From Clostridia bacterium (GTDB lineage Bacteria; Bacillota; Clostridia; UMGS1883), in the NCBI GenBank assembly GCA_051866635.1, contig JBJDXJ010000058.1:25873-89872 (forward strand): a DNA stretch of 64,000 bases, written 5' to 3'. Positions within the stretch are counted from its first letter, which is position 1. Each line of letters opens with the position of its first letter. Of the stretch, positions 1 through 9,465 are shown one piece after another. Both the position numbers and the translations under genes were made by a program. Below the pieces are notes generated by a model. The model searched no databases. It worked only from the letters and a program-made list of their open reading frames with translations, and was not told the DNA's origin.

Positions 1-20
1 AAGTTTGGTTGCTTGGGCGG

Positions 21-110
21 TTATTTCTTTTTGCTAAAAATTGTATAGCAAAGACCAACGATTCCAACAATTAGGGTTGTGAATACAAACAAACCTTCAT
101 ATGTAACCAT
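21..110 (-). CDS. Small hydrophobic peptide, putative holin-like type I toxin (29 aa, not in ORF track)
   Basis: Manual translation gives MVTYEGLFVFTTLIVGIVGLCYTIFSKKK*. Strong RBS GGAAGGGGGG, one TM helix and a basic tail; matches the clostridial 'MVTY..LF.F' holin-like toxin peptides. Confidence 0.75.
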   Translation of the reverse strand: MVTYEGLFVFTTLIVGIVGLCYTIFSKKK

Positions 111-376
111 GGCATTCCCCCCTTCCGAGGGAAAAAGAAACGAAAAACCCTCTATAATGATAAAGAGTCAACCGCCTATTCGTCTATAAAGATGGTTAAA
201 ATTCAACGCGACTTCCTATCCATGGTGTATTATATCACAACTGTTGAATATTGTCAATTCAAAGACACCTCAAGTATCTTTATTTTTAGCTGTGGACATC
301 TGCTTTGTACATTTTTCTTACACTCATCATGTTTTTATACAATTTCCTCAAAAGGTGGTATTGATTTTTCCACAAT

Positions 377-522
377 GAGGCTGTAAAAAAAGTTTCTAAA
401 GAAATAAGTTAGACCATTTGGGATAGTCCCCCTTGTGGCAAATTGGAAGACAATTTGCCATAAAGGGGACTGTCCCGAAATGGTCTTTTTGTTATCTCAG
501 TGTTGACTTTTTTTACAGCCTC
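377..522. mobile_element. MITE/REP-like element, copy 1 (complete, 146 bp)
   Basis: Perfect 17-bp terminal inverted repeat GAGGCTGTAAAAAAAGT/ACTTTTTTTACAGCCTC. Long internal palindrome AGACCATTTGGGAnAGTCCCC..TGGCAAATTG..CAATTTGCCA..GGGGACTGTCCCGAAATGGTCT. Four further copies in the window. Confidence 0.85.
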
Positions 523-529
523 TTATATC

Positions 530-1801
530 TTAGAATATGATGATAATAAACTGAGATACAAGCACTACAGCTATCAAAGCGATGGGATATGTAGCCGCAT
601 ATGCTGCCGCAACATCTTCAGTGCCTGCAACAGAGATAAGTGTACCAAGGGCAGGAGTAGAAGTCATACCGCCGGTCAATGAACCGAGGCTGTTTAAAAG
701 AGGCATCTTCAATACAAACTTTGCAAAGATGAAACCAAGAATCATGGGAACAAGTGTCATAATAATACCGTATACAAAGTACATGGGGTCAAAGTTTGCA
801 ACGAATTCTGTACCGCCGGGAATACCTGCACCAACAAGGAAAAGGATAAGACCAAGCTCACGGAAAAGCTTAAGTGTGCTCTGCTGAGGCATAATGCTTA
901 CCTTACCAATTCTGCCGAAGTGACCAAGGATAAGTGCAACCAAAAGGCATCCGCCTGTTGTTGTAAGAGAGAAGCATGTACCTGAAATACCTGCACTGCT
1001 CATGGGGATTTTAACCTTACCCACAACCATACCGAGGATAGATGCCAGAGAGAATGCCGCAATACCCATATGGTCAAGGTGTAAAAGCTTAACAGGGTTC
1101 TTCTTTTCAGATTGTTCACTGCTGCCTGAAATAAGTGCTCTTTCCTTCTCCATGTCTGCCTTCATAAACTTAGGTACAAGCTGAACGAAAAGTACAACGC
1201 CCAATACACCGAATATGTAAGCAATACCGTGACCTACGGAAACAAGAGATGTATATTCACTTGCAACAGTTGCCTTTGCCGCACTGAAAGCGGGAGTAGA
1301 TGTAAGCGAACCTGAAAGGAGACCTACAATCATAGCTACAAAACCGTCAAGTGTTTCGATGGAAGAACCGTAACCGAATACATGTTTACCAAGCATGATA
1401 CATCCAACGGCACCAAGACCGCCGGCGATGATAATAACAAGACCCAAAACCACATAGCTTTTGAAGTTTTTCTTTAAGTTACCGAAGAACTTAGGACCTG
1501 CAATAAAGCCTACGCTTGTTACGAAAAGAACAAGACCAAATGTTTCAATTATTGACAAAGCATTGTCTGCATAGCTGATGCCGTCAATCTTAAGTTGCTG
1601 GCTTATTACATCGGGGAAAAGTGCACCAAATAAAAGTGCAACGATAAACACACCTGCATCACCCAAAGAAACGCCCTTTATGGTGATACGGCCCAGTGCG
1701 TAACCTACAAATAAAATTGCGAAAAGACAGAACATAAAGAATGTTATGCCTGTTACGGGAATAACTCCGCCGAACAAATTCATAATTTTCTCACCTTTCA
1801 T
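530..1801 (-). CDS. AspT/YidE/YbjL-family antiporter-like permease
   Basis: Multi-TM protein with duplicated 'GSLTSTPAF'/'GGMTSTPALG' and 'GLVLF..VG' motifs. Confidence 0.85.
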   Translation of the reverse strand: MKGEKIMNLFGGVIPVTGITFFMFCLFAILFVGYALGRITIKGVSLGDAGVFIVALLFGALFPDVISQQLKIDGISYADNALSIIETFGLVLFVTSVGFIAGPKFFGNLKKNFKSYVVLGLVIIIAGGLGAVGCIMLGKHVFGYGSSIETLDGFVAMIVGLLSGSLTSTPAFSAAKATVASEYTSLVSVGHGIAYIFGVLGVVLFVQLVPKFMKADMEKERALISGSSEQSEKKNPVKLLHLDHMGIAAFSLASILGMVVGKVKIPMSSAGISGTCFSLTTTGGCLLVALILGHFGRIGKVSIMPQQSTLKLFRELGLILFLVGAGIPGGTEFVANFDPMYFVYGIIMTLVPMILGFIFAKFVLKMPLLNSLGSLTGGMTSTPALGTLISVAGTEDVAAAYAATYPIALIAVVLVSQFIIIIF

Positions 1802-1921
1802 TTAATTTTACACTATTTTTTCCGAAGGTTATTATATTCTAATTGACAGCGTTTGTCAATCAGAATCAAACTAAAAATCAACTAAATTTGACTTAAATTG
1901 CAGTAAAGCTCACAATTTTTC

Positions 1922-3061
1922 CTATCCTATCAAAAGCATTGCACCTGTCAGTATTATTACAAAGGCGAAATTAAAGGCGGAAAACTGTAAAATATAGTTG
2001 ACAGTTTCCCTTTTTCCTTTGTTACGTTTTGTATATTCTCTAAGTGTTATAAGACTTGCCAAGGATGCAATCAGTGTGCCTGCACCGCCTATATTTACAC
2101 CCCAAAGAAGGTGGCGATAATTGTCGGTAAACTGGCTTAAAAGTATCGCCGAAGGCACATTGCTTATTACTTGACATGAAAGAACGCTGAAAATCAAGGT
2201 GTTCTTTTCCAAAAGATAGGAGAACACTTCTTTTACCGCTTCAATCCGTCCCATGTTCCCTGCGAAAATAAAGAAAAACACAAAGGTCATTAAAAGCGGA
2301 TAGTCAACCTTTTGCAGTGCGTATTTGTCAAGATAAAAAATGCTGACCGCAACTATAACAAAACCTAACTGATAAGGCATAAATCTAAAAACCATCATAA
2401 TTGCTAAAATGAAAAGCATAATGTATACAGTTGTCTTTCCCGGTGGCAGAATAATTTTCTCATCTTCTATTAAAAGCTCTTCCCTTTTCACAAAAAGACA
2501 GCACAATGTAATAAGAATTACTGCAATGATAAACGGCTTTAACATAATCATCACAAATTCCCCTGTGGGAATATTGAACTTAGTGTACAAATACAAATTC
2601 TGCGGGTTTCCGAAAGGGGTTAACATCCCGCCTAAATTTGCGGCAATATTCTGCATAATAAATGTAAATGCCATATATTTTTCCTTGCCCGTGCTTCTCA
2701 GCACATAATACCCCAAGGGCAGAAAAGTCAAAAGTGCCATATCGTTTGCAATAAGCATTGACCCGATAAATGTTATGTACACCAAAGCTAAAATGCAGTT
2801 TCGTGTATTTTTAAAAACCTTTACAATACTACTTGCAATTTTATAAAAAAATCTAAGATTTCTTAACGCACGAACTACTGCCAGAACAGAAAAAAGGCAC
2901 GCCAGGGTCTTAAAATCAATGTAGCTCAAATACTTTTTATCAGGTGGCACAATAAAGCACGTAACAAGTGCCGCAAAAAATGCTATCACCGTAACAGTGT
3001 TCTTTTTTGTGAAATTTTTTGCTTTTCTTAAAGCTTTTTTGCCCATAGTTTTAATACTCAC
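1922..3061 (-). CDS. Citrate transporter / ArsB-NhaD (SLC13-like) permease
   Basis: Motifs 'AANLGGMLTPFGNPQN', 'SNVP' and 'GVNIGGAGTLIASLA'. Confidence 0.85.
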   Translation of the reverse strand: MSIKTMGKKALRKAKNFTKKNTVTVIAFFAALVTCFIVPPDKKYLSYIDFKTLACLFSVLAVVRALRNLRFFYKIASSIVKVFKNTRNCILALVYITFIGSMLIANDMALLTFLPLGYYVLRSTGKEKYMAFTFIMQNIAANLGGMLTPFGNPQNLYLYTKFNIPTGEFVMIMLKPFIIAVILITLCCLFVKREELLIEDEKIILPPGKTTVYIMLFILAIMMVFRFMPYQLGFVIVAVSIFYLDKYALQKVDYPLLMTFVFFFIFAGNMGRIEAVKEVFSYLLEKNTLIFSVLSCQVISNVPSAILLSQFTDNYRHLLWGVNIGGAGTLIASLASLITLREYTKRNKGKRETVNYILQFSAFNFAFVIILTGAMLLIG

Positions 3062-3173
3062 TTATAATCACCCCAAACATTTGGTATTTTACCACAACTA
3101 TCTTTGCATGTCAAAAAAACTCTTGAAAACAGTATATTAAAATGCTATAATATTCTCCACAGGAGGGAATTTT

Positions 3174-3920
3174 ATGCAACTTGTTTTACTGACCGCTTTA
3201 GGCATTGGCGGTGCCACTGTTATGGGTGCTGTCATAGGTCTTTTATTTAAAAACAACAGCCATAAATTTTCTGATATTGTTTTGGCTTTTGCCGCCGGCA
3301 TAATGCTTTCAGCCGCAATTATCGGGCTTGTTCTGCCCTCTGTGGAATATGGAAATGTATTTACAACGGTACTTGGCATATTTGCAGGTGCATTTTTACT
3401 TTATGTTATAGATAAGGTAGTTCCCCATCTTCACAGCTTTTCCCAAAAGGATGAGGAAAGTCACTGTGCCGCGAACGACAGAATTAATAAGGTAATGCTT
3501 TTTGTTTTTGCAATTGCCATACATAATTTCCCCGAAGGCATTGCCGCAGGCGTTGGTTTTGGGACAGGTAACACAGGGGATGCTTTTCTCATTGCAGGTG
3601 GTATCGCCTTGCAGAACATTCCCGAAGGTATGGTTATTATCGCACCGATGCTCAGTGCCGGTGTCAGCTTAAAGCGTACATTTATATATGCCGCCTTAAC
3701 AGGTGTTGTTGAGGTTGTGGGAACTCTTACAGGGTACTTTGCCGTGTCTTTATCAACGGCAATTCTGCCCTTTGCCCTTGCCTTTGCAGGGGGAACAATG
3801 CTTTATGTAATAAGTGACGAAATGATTCCCGAAACACATCACGGGGACGAACGCCCGGTTACATTTGCACTTTTGCTGGGCTTTTGCGTTATGCTTATTT
3901 GCGATTTTTATTTAGGTTAA
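3174..3920 (+). CDS. ZIP family (GufA/ZupT-like) metal transporter
   Basis: Motifs 'HNFPEG' and 'QNIPEG'; about 8 TM segments. Confidence 0.9.
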   Translation: MQLVLLTALGIGGATVMGAVIGLLFKNNSHKFSDIVLAFAAGIMLSAAIIGLVLPSVEYGNVFTTVLGIFAGAFLLYVIDKVVPHLHSFSQKDEESHCAANDRINKVMLFVFAIAIHNFPEGIAAGVGFGTGNTGDAFLIAGGIALQNIPEGMVIIAPMLSAGVSLKRTFIYAALTGVVEVVGTLTGYFAVSLSTAILPFALAFAGGTMLYVISDEMIPETHHGDERPVTFALLLGFCVMLICDFYLG

Positions 3921-3943
3921 TTTTTATTTAGGGAGGTCATATT

Positions 3944-4480
3944 ATGACAAAGTATCAGGGTACACAAACAGAAAAGAATTTGGAAGCCGCTTTTGCAGGG
4001 GAATCTCAGGCAAGAAATAAGTACACTTATTTCGCTTCCGTTGCAAAGAAGGAAGGCTACGAGCAGATTTCGGCTCTTTTCCTTAAAACTGCCGAAAATG
4101 AAAAGGAACACGCTAAAATGTGGCTTAAGGAATTAAAGGGAATCGGCAACACAGCCGAAAACCTTCTCCATGCCGCAGAAGGTGAAAACTTTGAATGGAC
4201 AGATATGTACGAAGGCTTCGCAAAGACAGCCGAGGAAGAAGGGTTCCCCGAGCTTGCAGAAAAGTTCAGACTTGTTGCCGCAATCGAAAAGCATCATGAA
4301 GAAAGATACCGTGCTCTTTTAACAAATGTTGAAACTGCAAAGGTATTTGAAAAGAGCGAAGTTAAGGTTTGGGAATGTCGTAACTGCGGCCACATTGTAG
4401 TTGGCACAAAGGCTCCCGATGTTTGCCCCACATGCAACCATCCTCAGTCCTACTTTGAAGTTCACGCTGAAAATTATTAA
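3944..4480 (+). CDS. rbr: Rubrerythrin
   Basis: '[11 protein letters not shown]', EKEH/EKHH diiron ligands, C-terminal CRNC..CPTC rubredoxin site. Confidence 0.95.
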   Translation: MTKYQGTQTEKNLEAAFAGESQARNKYTYFASVAKKEGYEQISALFLKTAENEKEHAKMWLKELKGIGNTAENLLHAAEGENFEWTDMYEGFAKTAEEEGFPELAEKFRLVAAIEKHHEERYRALLTNVETAKVFEKSEVKVWECRNCGHIVVGTKAPDVCPTCNHPQSYFEVHAENY

Positions 4481-4496
4481 TTTAAAAAACTTAACT

Positions 4497-4551
4497 AAAA
4501 GGAGCTTGGAACAAAGCGATTTTTTAATCGAATTGTTCCAAGCTCTTTTTC
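4497..4551 (+). terminator. Intrinsic terminator after rbr
   Basis: GAGCTTGGAACAA...TTGTTCCAAGCTC followed by TTTTT. Confidence 0.7.
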
Positions 4552-4603
4552 AGTTGCAAACAAATATTTTTAATTCTTTCAATTTCTTTCCAAAATTAAG
4601 TTC

Positions 4604-4684
4604 GTTGGGGATGGCGTCCTCCACATCCCGTTTCCATGTTTTAAACTTATAGTTTTCGGGACGTCGAGGACGCCGTCCCCTACA
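4604..4684. repeat. REP doublet (inverted pair of GTAG-type REP sequences)
   Basis: GTTGGGGATGGCGTCCTCCACATCCCG at 4604 and the inverted CGGGACGTCGAGGACGCCGTCCCCTAC at about 4657, between convergent genes. Confidence 0.75.
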
Positions 4685-4727
4685 TTTTATCACAGCTTTT
4701 TAATATCTCTGAAATTTCTAATTCATA

Positions 4728-5462
4728 TTAATAATCGGAGGAAACAATCACGGGGTTCTTAATATAGAAATCTGTTCCCCCACCATAAGAATTGCCATGA
4801 GTAATTTCAACAACTATTTCAATTTCAAGTTCATTTTCAATATTCACTTCAAATTTTACAGGAGTTGTAGTTCCCCTCATTATAGGCGATTTATATAATA
4901 CTTTCCCATTAGTTCCATATATTTTTAATACACCTTCAGGGCTATGATCGTTACTGATATAAAACTCACCCTTGATTGTTTTTGCTAAAGTATTCAAAGG
5001 ATACGTTATTGAAGTTGAGTACATAAATCTTTTGTCTCCAACTTCAATTCCTCTATTTGTTTCACCACAGATGTAAGTATCACCTTTTTCTTCACGAAAA
5101 CGTACATTGTTTGGAGCTGAGCACTCTGTGTACGGCCTGTTCCAAAGGGGAAGTTCCTTTGCCGGCTTTTCCACTTCACCGCCTAAAAATACTGTATAGT
5201 TACCCTGATCCCATGTAACGTCTTTTTCAAAAGCCTCTGCCACGGCTCTTACAGGAAGGTATGTTGTGCCGTTATAAATAAATGGTTCAACAACATTTCC
5301 GTTAGCATCCTTAGGTTCAATCAAAACACCGTCAACAACCAGCTTAACATTGTGGTAAACTGCTGTAATTGTTTCCGCTGTTTCCTTTGCCAATGTGGGC
5401 ATTCCGCTAAGCATTGCTACCGCCAATGCACCTGCCGCAAAACCTTGCAATCTTTTGTTCAT
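4728..5462 (-). CDS. Secreted copper amine oxidase N-terminal (stalk) domain protein
   Basis: Signal peptide; 'PFIYNGTTYLPVRAVAEAFEKDVTWD' motif; NPCBM-like C-terminal region. Confidence 0.8.
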   Translation of the reverse strand: MNKRLQGFAAGALAVAMLSGMPTLAKETAETITAVYHNVKLVVDGVLIEPKDANGNVVEPFIYNGTTYLPVRAVAEAFEKDVTWDQGNYTVFLGGEVEKPAKELPLWNRPYTECSAPNNVRFREEKGDTYICGETNRGIEVGDKRFMYSTSITYPLNTLAKTIKGEFYISNDHSPEGVLKIYGTNGKVLYKSPIMRGTTTPVKFEVNIENELEIEIVVEITHGNSYGGGTDFYIKNPVIVSSDY

Positions 5463-5628
5463 AAAAATCTTCCTTTCTCAATTGCATATTAAATATGTAA
5501 TTTTTTAACTTATAGTTACAATATAGCATATTTAATACGATGTTGTCAAGATATTTTCCATTATTTCATCATAAATAATATGTATATGACACATTAAATA
5601 ATTAATATAATATATTTATTGGTGAGGT

Positions 5629-5973
5629 GTGTTTATGGACGAAATTGATTTAAAAATAGAAAACGGGAAAAAATTTATCCGAGACAGAATAACACAGCTT
5701 AGGCTAAAGGCAGATATTTCAGAATATCAACTAAGTTATGAACTTGGACAAAACAGAGGGTATATACAGGCAATCTCTTCGGGAAAGTCTATGCCGTCAA
5801 TGGCAGGTTTTTTGAACATCTGTGATTTTTTTAATATTACACCACTTGAATTTTTTGACACTTCCATTGAGGAACCACAGCTTATAAATGACATTATCAT
5901 GCTTATAAAGCAAATGAAAGAAGAAGATCTCCTTTTGTTAAAAGAAGTCCTTGCAAGAATATCTGACAAATAA
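5629..5973 (+). CDS. XRE-family HTH transcriptional regulator
   Basis: HTH 'ISEYQLSYELGQNRGYIQAISSGKSMPS'. Confidence 0.85.
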   Translation: MFMDEIDLKIENGKKFIRDRITQLRLKADISEYQLSYELGQNRGYIQAISSGKSMPSMAGFLNICDFFNITPLEFFDTSIEEPQLINDIIMLIKQMKEEDLLLLKEVLARISDK

Positions 5974-5975
5974 AA

Positions 5976-6108
5976 GAGGCTGTAAAAAAAGTCTCTAAAG
6001 AAATAAGTTAAGACCATTTGGGACAGTCCCCCTTATGGCAAATTGGGAGACAATTTGCCAAAGAAACCTTGCGAGGTTTTGTTGGGACAGTCCCGAAATG
6101 GTCTTTTT
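5976..6108. mobile_element. MITE/REP-like element, copy 2 (right end missing)
   Basis: Near-identical to copy 4, including the extra hairpin AAACCTTGCGAGGTTT. Confidence 0.8.
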
Positions 6109-6246
6109 AATATAATCCAACATAGTAGTGAGATGTGTGTTATTTATTAAGAAATCGTTCAGATTGCTGTTTTGTGTGGTTGGAGCTGTGCTATCTGCAC
6201 CGCCCAGCCGCACAAAATAGTGAGATGGGCGATTTATTAAGAATAA

Positions 6247-7731
6247 CTATCTTCTGTAAAGTCTCTTATATTCATATTTTGGTTCACAGCTTACGTTAAT
6301 GCCAAGTCGCCTTAAAAGCATTTCGTCCTCGTCTGACAGTATTACGGAGAAGTGTGCATCACTGCCGCGAAGGTTATTAAGCTGCTCCGTCGCCTTTTTT
6401 GCCAATGGGTCTGTCTGTGCCGAAACGGTTAACGCCATAAGCACCTCGTCTGTGTGAAGGCGGGGGTTTTTATGCTTAAGATACTGTGTTTTTAAATCGC
6501 ATATAGGCTTTAATATCCCCTCTGCAATAAGTTCAACATTGTCATCAATACCGCCCAAGGCTTTAAGTGAATTTAACAAAAGTGCCGAAGCCGCACCTAA
6601 GGTAGAGCTTGTCTTTCCTGTAATAACCCTGCCGTCCGGAAGGACCATCGCCCCTGCCGGGCCGCTTGTTTCCCTCTCCTTCTGCATTGCCGCACTTATA
6701 GCAGGGCAAATACTTTCGGTAATTCCGCTTTGGTTCATAAGGACTTCAATTTTTCTTACCTGTGTTTCATCACCCATGCCTTTCAGTTTGTTTACCGAGG
6801 CAGTGTAATAACGCCTTAAGATTTCCATTTTGGATGCCTCACGGCACACATCATCGTCTATAATGCAGTTACCTGCCATGTTTACGCCCATATCCGTAGG
6901 CGACTTATAGGGGCAATTCCCCTGAATTTTTTCAAAAATAGTGCTTAATACAGGGAAAATTTCTACATCACGGTTATAGTTAACGGCGGTTTTGCCGTAT
7001 GCCTCCAAATGGAAGGGATCTATCATGTTTATATCGTTTAAATCTGCCGTTGCCGCTTCGTAAGCTAAGTTAACAGGGTGATTAAGGGGTATATTCCAAA
7101 TTGGGAAAGTTTCAAATTTGGCATAGCCTGCCGTAACTCCACGCTTATGTTCATGATAAAGCTGGCTGAGGCACGTTGCCATTTTTCCGCTTCCGGGACC
7201 CGGTGCCGTAACAACAACCAAGGAACGCTCTGTTTCGATATATTCGTTCTTGCCCAATCCCTCCTCCGACACAATGTGTGGAATGTCATAGGGATAACCT
7301 TCGATGGGATAATGCTTATAACACTTGATACCCAAATCATTAAGGTGCTTCAAAAACAAGTTTGCGGAATTCTGGTTTGTATAACGTGTAAGCACAACAC
7401 TGCCCACAAAAAGACCAAGTTCACGGAAGGTATCAATAAGGCGTAAAACATCGTCGTCGTATGTAATGCCCAAATCACCGCGTATCTTGTTTGACTCAAT
7501 ATCAGCGGCATTTATGGAAATTACGATTTCAACATCATCTTTAAGCTGTTGAAGCATACGCATTTTGCTGTCAGGTTCAAAGCCGGGGAGTACACGTGAT
7601 GCATGGAAGTCATCGAATAACTTACCGCCGAATTCAAGATACAGCTTACCGCCAAACTGAGCAATTCTTTTACGGATTTGCTCGGACTGTGTGGCAAGAT
7701 ATTTGTCATTATCAAAACCCTGTTTTTTCAC
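6247..7731 (-). CDS. DUF1846 / UPF0371 family protein
   Basis: 'KLYLEFGGKLFDDFHASRVLPGF', 'APGPGSGKMATCLSQLYHE' and 'GYAKFETFP'. Confidence 0.92.
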   Translation of the reverse strand: MKKQGFDNDKYLATQSEQIRKRIAQFGGKLYLEFGGKLFDDFHASRVLPGFEPDSKMRMLQQLKDDVEIVISINAADIESNKIRGDLGITYDDDVLRLIDTFRELGLFVGSVVLTRYTNQNSANLFLKHLNDLGIKCYKHYPIEGYPYDIPHIVSEEGLGKNEYIETERSLVVVTAPGPGSGKMATCLSQLYHEHKRGVTAGYAKFETFPIWNIPLNHPVNLAYEAATADLNDINMIDPFHLEAYGKTAVNYNRDVEIFPVLSTIFEKIQGNCPYKSPTDMGVNMAGNCIIDDDVCREASKMEILRRYYTASVNKLKGMGDETQVRKIEVLMNQSGITESICPAISAAMQKERETSGPAGAMVLPDGRVITGKTSSTLGAASALLLNSLKALGGIDDNVELIAEGILKPICDLKTQYLKHKNPRLHTDEVLMALTVSAQTDPLAKKATEQLNNLRGSDAHFSVILSDEDEMLLRRLGINVSCEPKYEYKRLYRR

Positions 7732-7913
7732 ATTTTACACTCCCCTAAAAAAACTTAACGGATACAGTATATCAAATTTTCGGTAAATATAAAAGTGTAT
7801 TTTAAAAATTTTTCAAAAATTTTTTCATATAATTGTAAAAAGGCTTATTTCCTTGACTTTACATATTAAAAATGATACTATAACTTTGGATTTATTAATA
7901 AAGGAGAGAGAAA

Positions 7914-9290
7914 ATGGAAAGAGAACATTTGAAAAGCCGTTTAGGCTTTATACTTATCAGTGCGGGATGTGCCATCGGTGTGGGAAATGTATGGAAATTT
8001 CCTTGGATGGTAGGACAGTACGGCGGAGGGATGTTTGTCCTTTTGTACCTGTGTTTTCTTCTGGCTATGGGTGTGCCTGCCCTTTGTATGGAGTTGGCAG
8101 TTGGCAGAGCGTCCCAAAAAAGCCCGGCTAAAATGTATGATGCTTTAGGCAAAGGCAATTCGCCTTGGAAAATTCACTCATGGACGGCGATACTGGGAAA
8201 CGTAATGCTTATGATGTTTTATGTTCCCGTGGCATCATGGATGCTTCAGTATTTCATCGGAATGGCAAAGGGCGATTTTTCTTCACTTTCAGGTGATGCT
8301 ATCGGTGCAAAATTCGGCTCCATGTTAGCCGATCCCGTAAATATGATTATTTCGGCTTCATTTGTTACAATCTTGTGCTTTCTGGTATGTTCGGCAGGCG
8401 TTCAGAAGGGGCTTGAAAAAGTAACAAAGGTTATGATGATAGCCCTTCTTGTTATTATGGTGGCGTTGGCTGTAAACTCTGCTTTTCTTCCGGGTGCCTC
8501 TGAAGGCTTGTCCTTCTACCTTATCCCCGATGTTGACACATTTTTTAAAGCAGGTCCCATAAATGTAATAGTTGCCGCTATGAATCAGGCTTTCTTCACT
8601 TTAAGCTTAGGCATAGGTGCAATGGCGATTTTCGGAAGCTATATCGGCAAGGACCGTTCCCTTTTAGGTGAAAGTGTTAACATTGCCCTTCTTGACACAT
8701 TTGTGGCGTTTACTTCGGGACTTATTATTTTCCCTGCTTGCTTTGCCTACGGTATTGACCACACGGCAGAAGGTCCAAGACTTATTTTTATGACCCTTCC
8801 ACAGGTGTTTGACAACATTCCCTACATAGGCAGACTTTGCGGAACTCTTTTCTTTTTGTTTATGACCTTTGCCGCCTTAAGTACAGTGCTTGCGGTATTT
8901 GAAAACATTATCGCATGTACTATGGACATTTTTGGATGGGGCAGAAAGAAGGCATCTGTAATCGACTGTATTGCAATCTTAATTCTTATTCTCCCCTGTA
9001 TATTCGGTTACAATATCTGGTCCTCTTTTATGCCCTTTGGTGCAAATTCCGCTGTTTTAGACCTTGAAGATTTTATCGTTTCAAACATTCTTCTGCCTAC
9101 AGGTGCAATTGTATTTATACTGTTCTGCACCTTAAAGTGCGGCTGGGGATGGAAGAACTTCACCAAAGAAGCAAACGAAGGAAAAGGCTTAAAAGTAAAG
9201 CCATGGATGCGTTTGTATATGACCTTTGTCCTTCCTTGTATGATTATCATTATTTTTGTATTGGGTCTTATAAGTAAATTTGGTGCATAA
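7914..9290 (+). CDS. Sodium-dependent transporter (NSS/SNF family)
   Basis: 'SRLGFILISAGCAIGVGNVWKFP' and 'QAFFTLSLG'. Confidence 0.92.
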   Translation: MEREHLKSRLGFILISAGCAIGVGNVWKFPWMVGQYGGGMFVLLYLCFLLAMGVPALCMELAVGRASQKSPAKMYDALGKGNSPWKIHSWTAILGNVMLMMFYVPVASWMLQYFIGMAKGDFSSLSGDAIGAKFGSMLADPVNMIISASFVTILCFLVCSAGVQKGLEKVTKVMMIALLVIMVALAVNSAFLPGASEGLSFYLIPDVDTFFKAGPINVIVAAMNQAFFTLSLGIGAMAIFGSYIGKDRSLLGESVNIALLDTFVAFTSGLIIFPACFAYGIDHTAEGPRLIFMTLPQVFDNIPYIGRLCGTLFFLFMTFAALSTVLAVFENIIACTMDIFGWGRKKASVIDCIAILILILPCIFGYNIWSSFMPFGANSAVLDLEDFIVSNILLPTGAIVFILFCTLKCGWGWKNFTKEANEGKGLKVKPWMRLYMTFVLPCMIIIIFVLGLISKFGA

Positions 9291-9302
9291 TTTTTAAAAA
9301 AT

Positions 9303-9444
9303 GGGCTGTAAAAAGTCAACACTGAGATAACAAAAAGACCATTTCGGGACAGTCCCCCTTATGGCAAATTGTCTCCCAATTTGCCATAAGGGGGACTGTC
9401 CCAAATGGTCTTAACTTATTCCTTCAGAGACTTTTTATAGCTTC
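9303..9444. mobile_element. MITE/REP-like element, copy 3 (reverse orientation)
   Basis: Reverse complement of copy 1; lies between convergent genes. Confidence 0.85.
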
Positions 9445-9465
9445 TTTTTTTTGTGTGAAATATTC

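Noticed and set aside
5995-6213. Short ORFs overlapping MITE copies (also 50742..50924)
   Set aside because: Spurious translations of the repeat.
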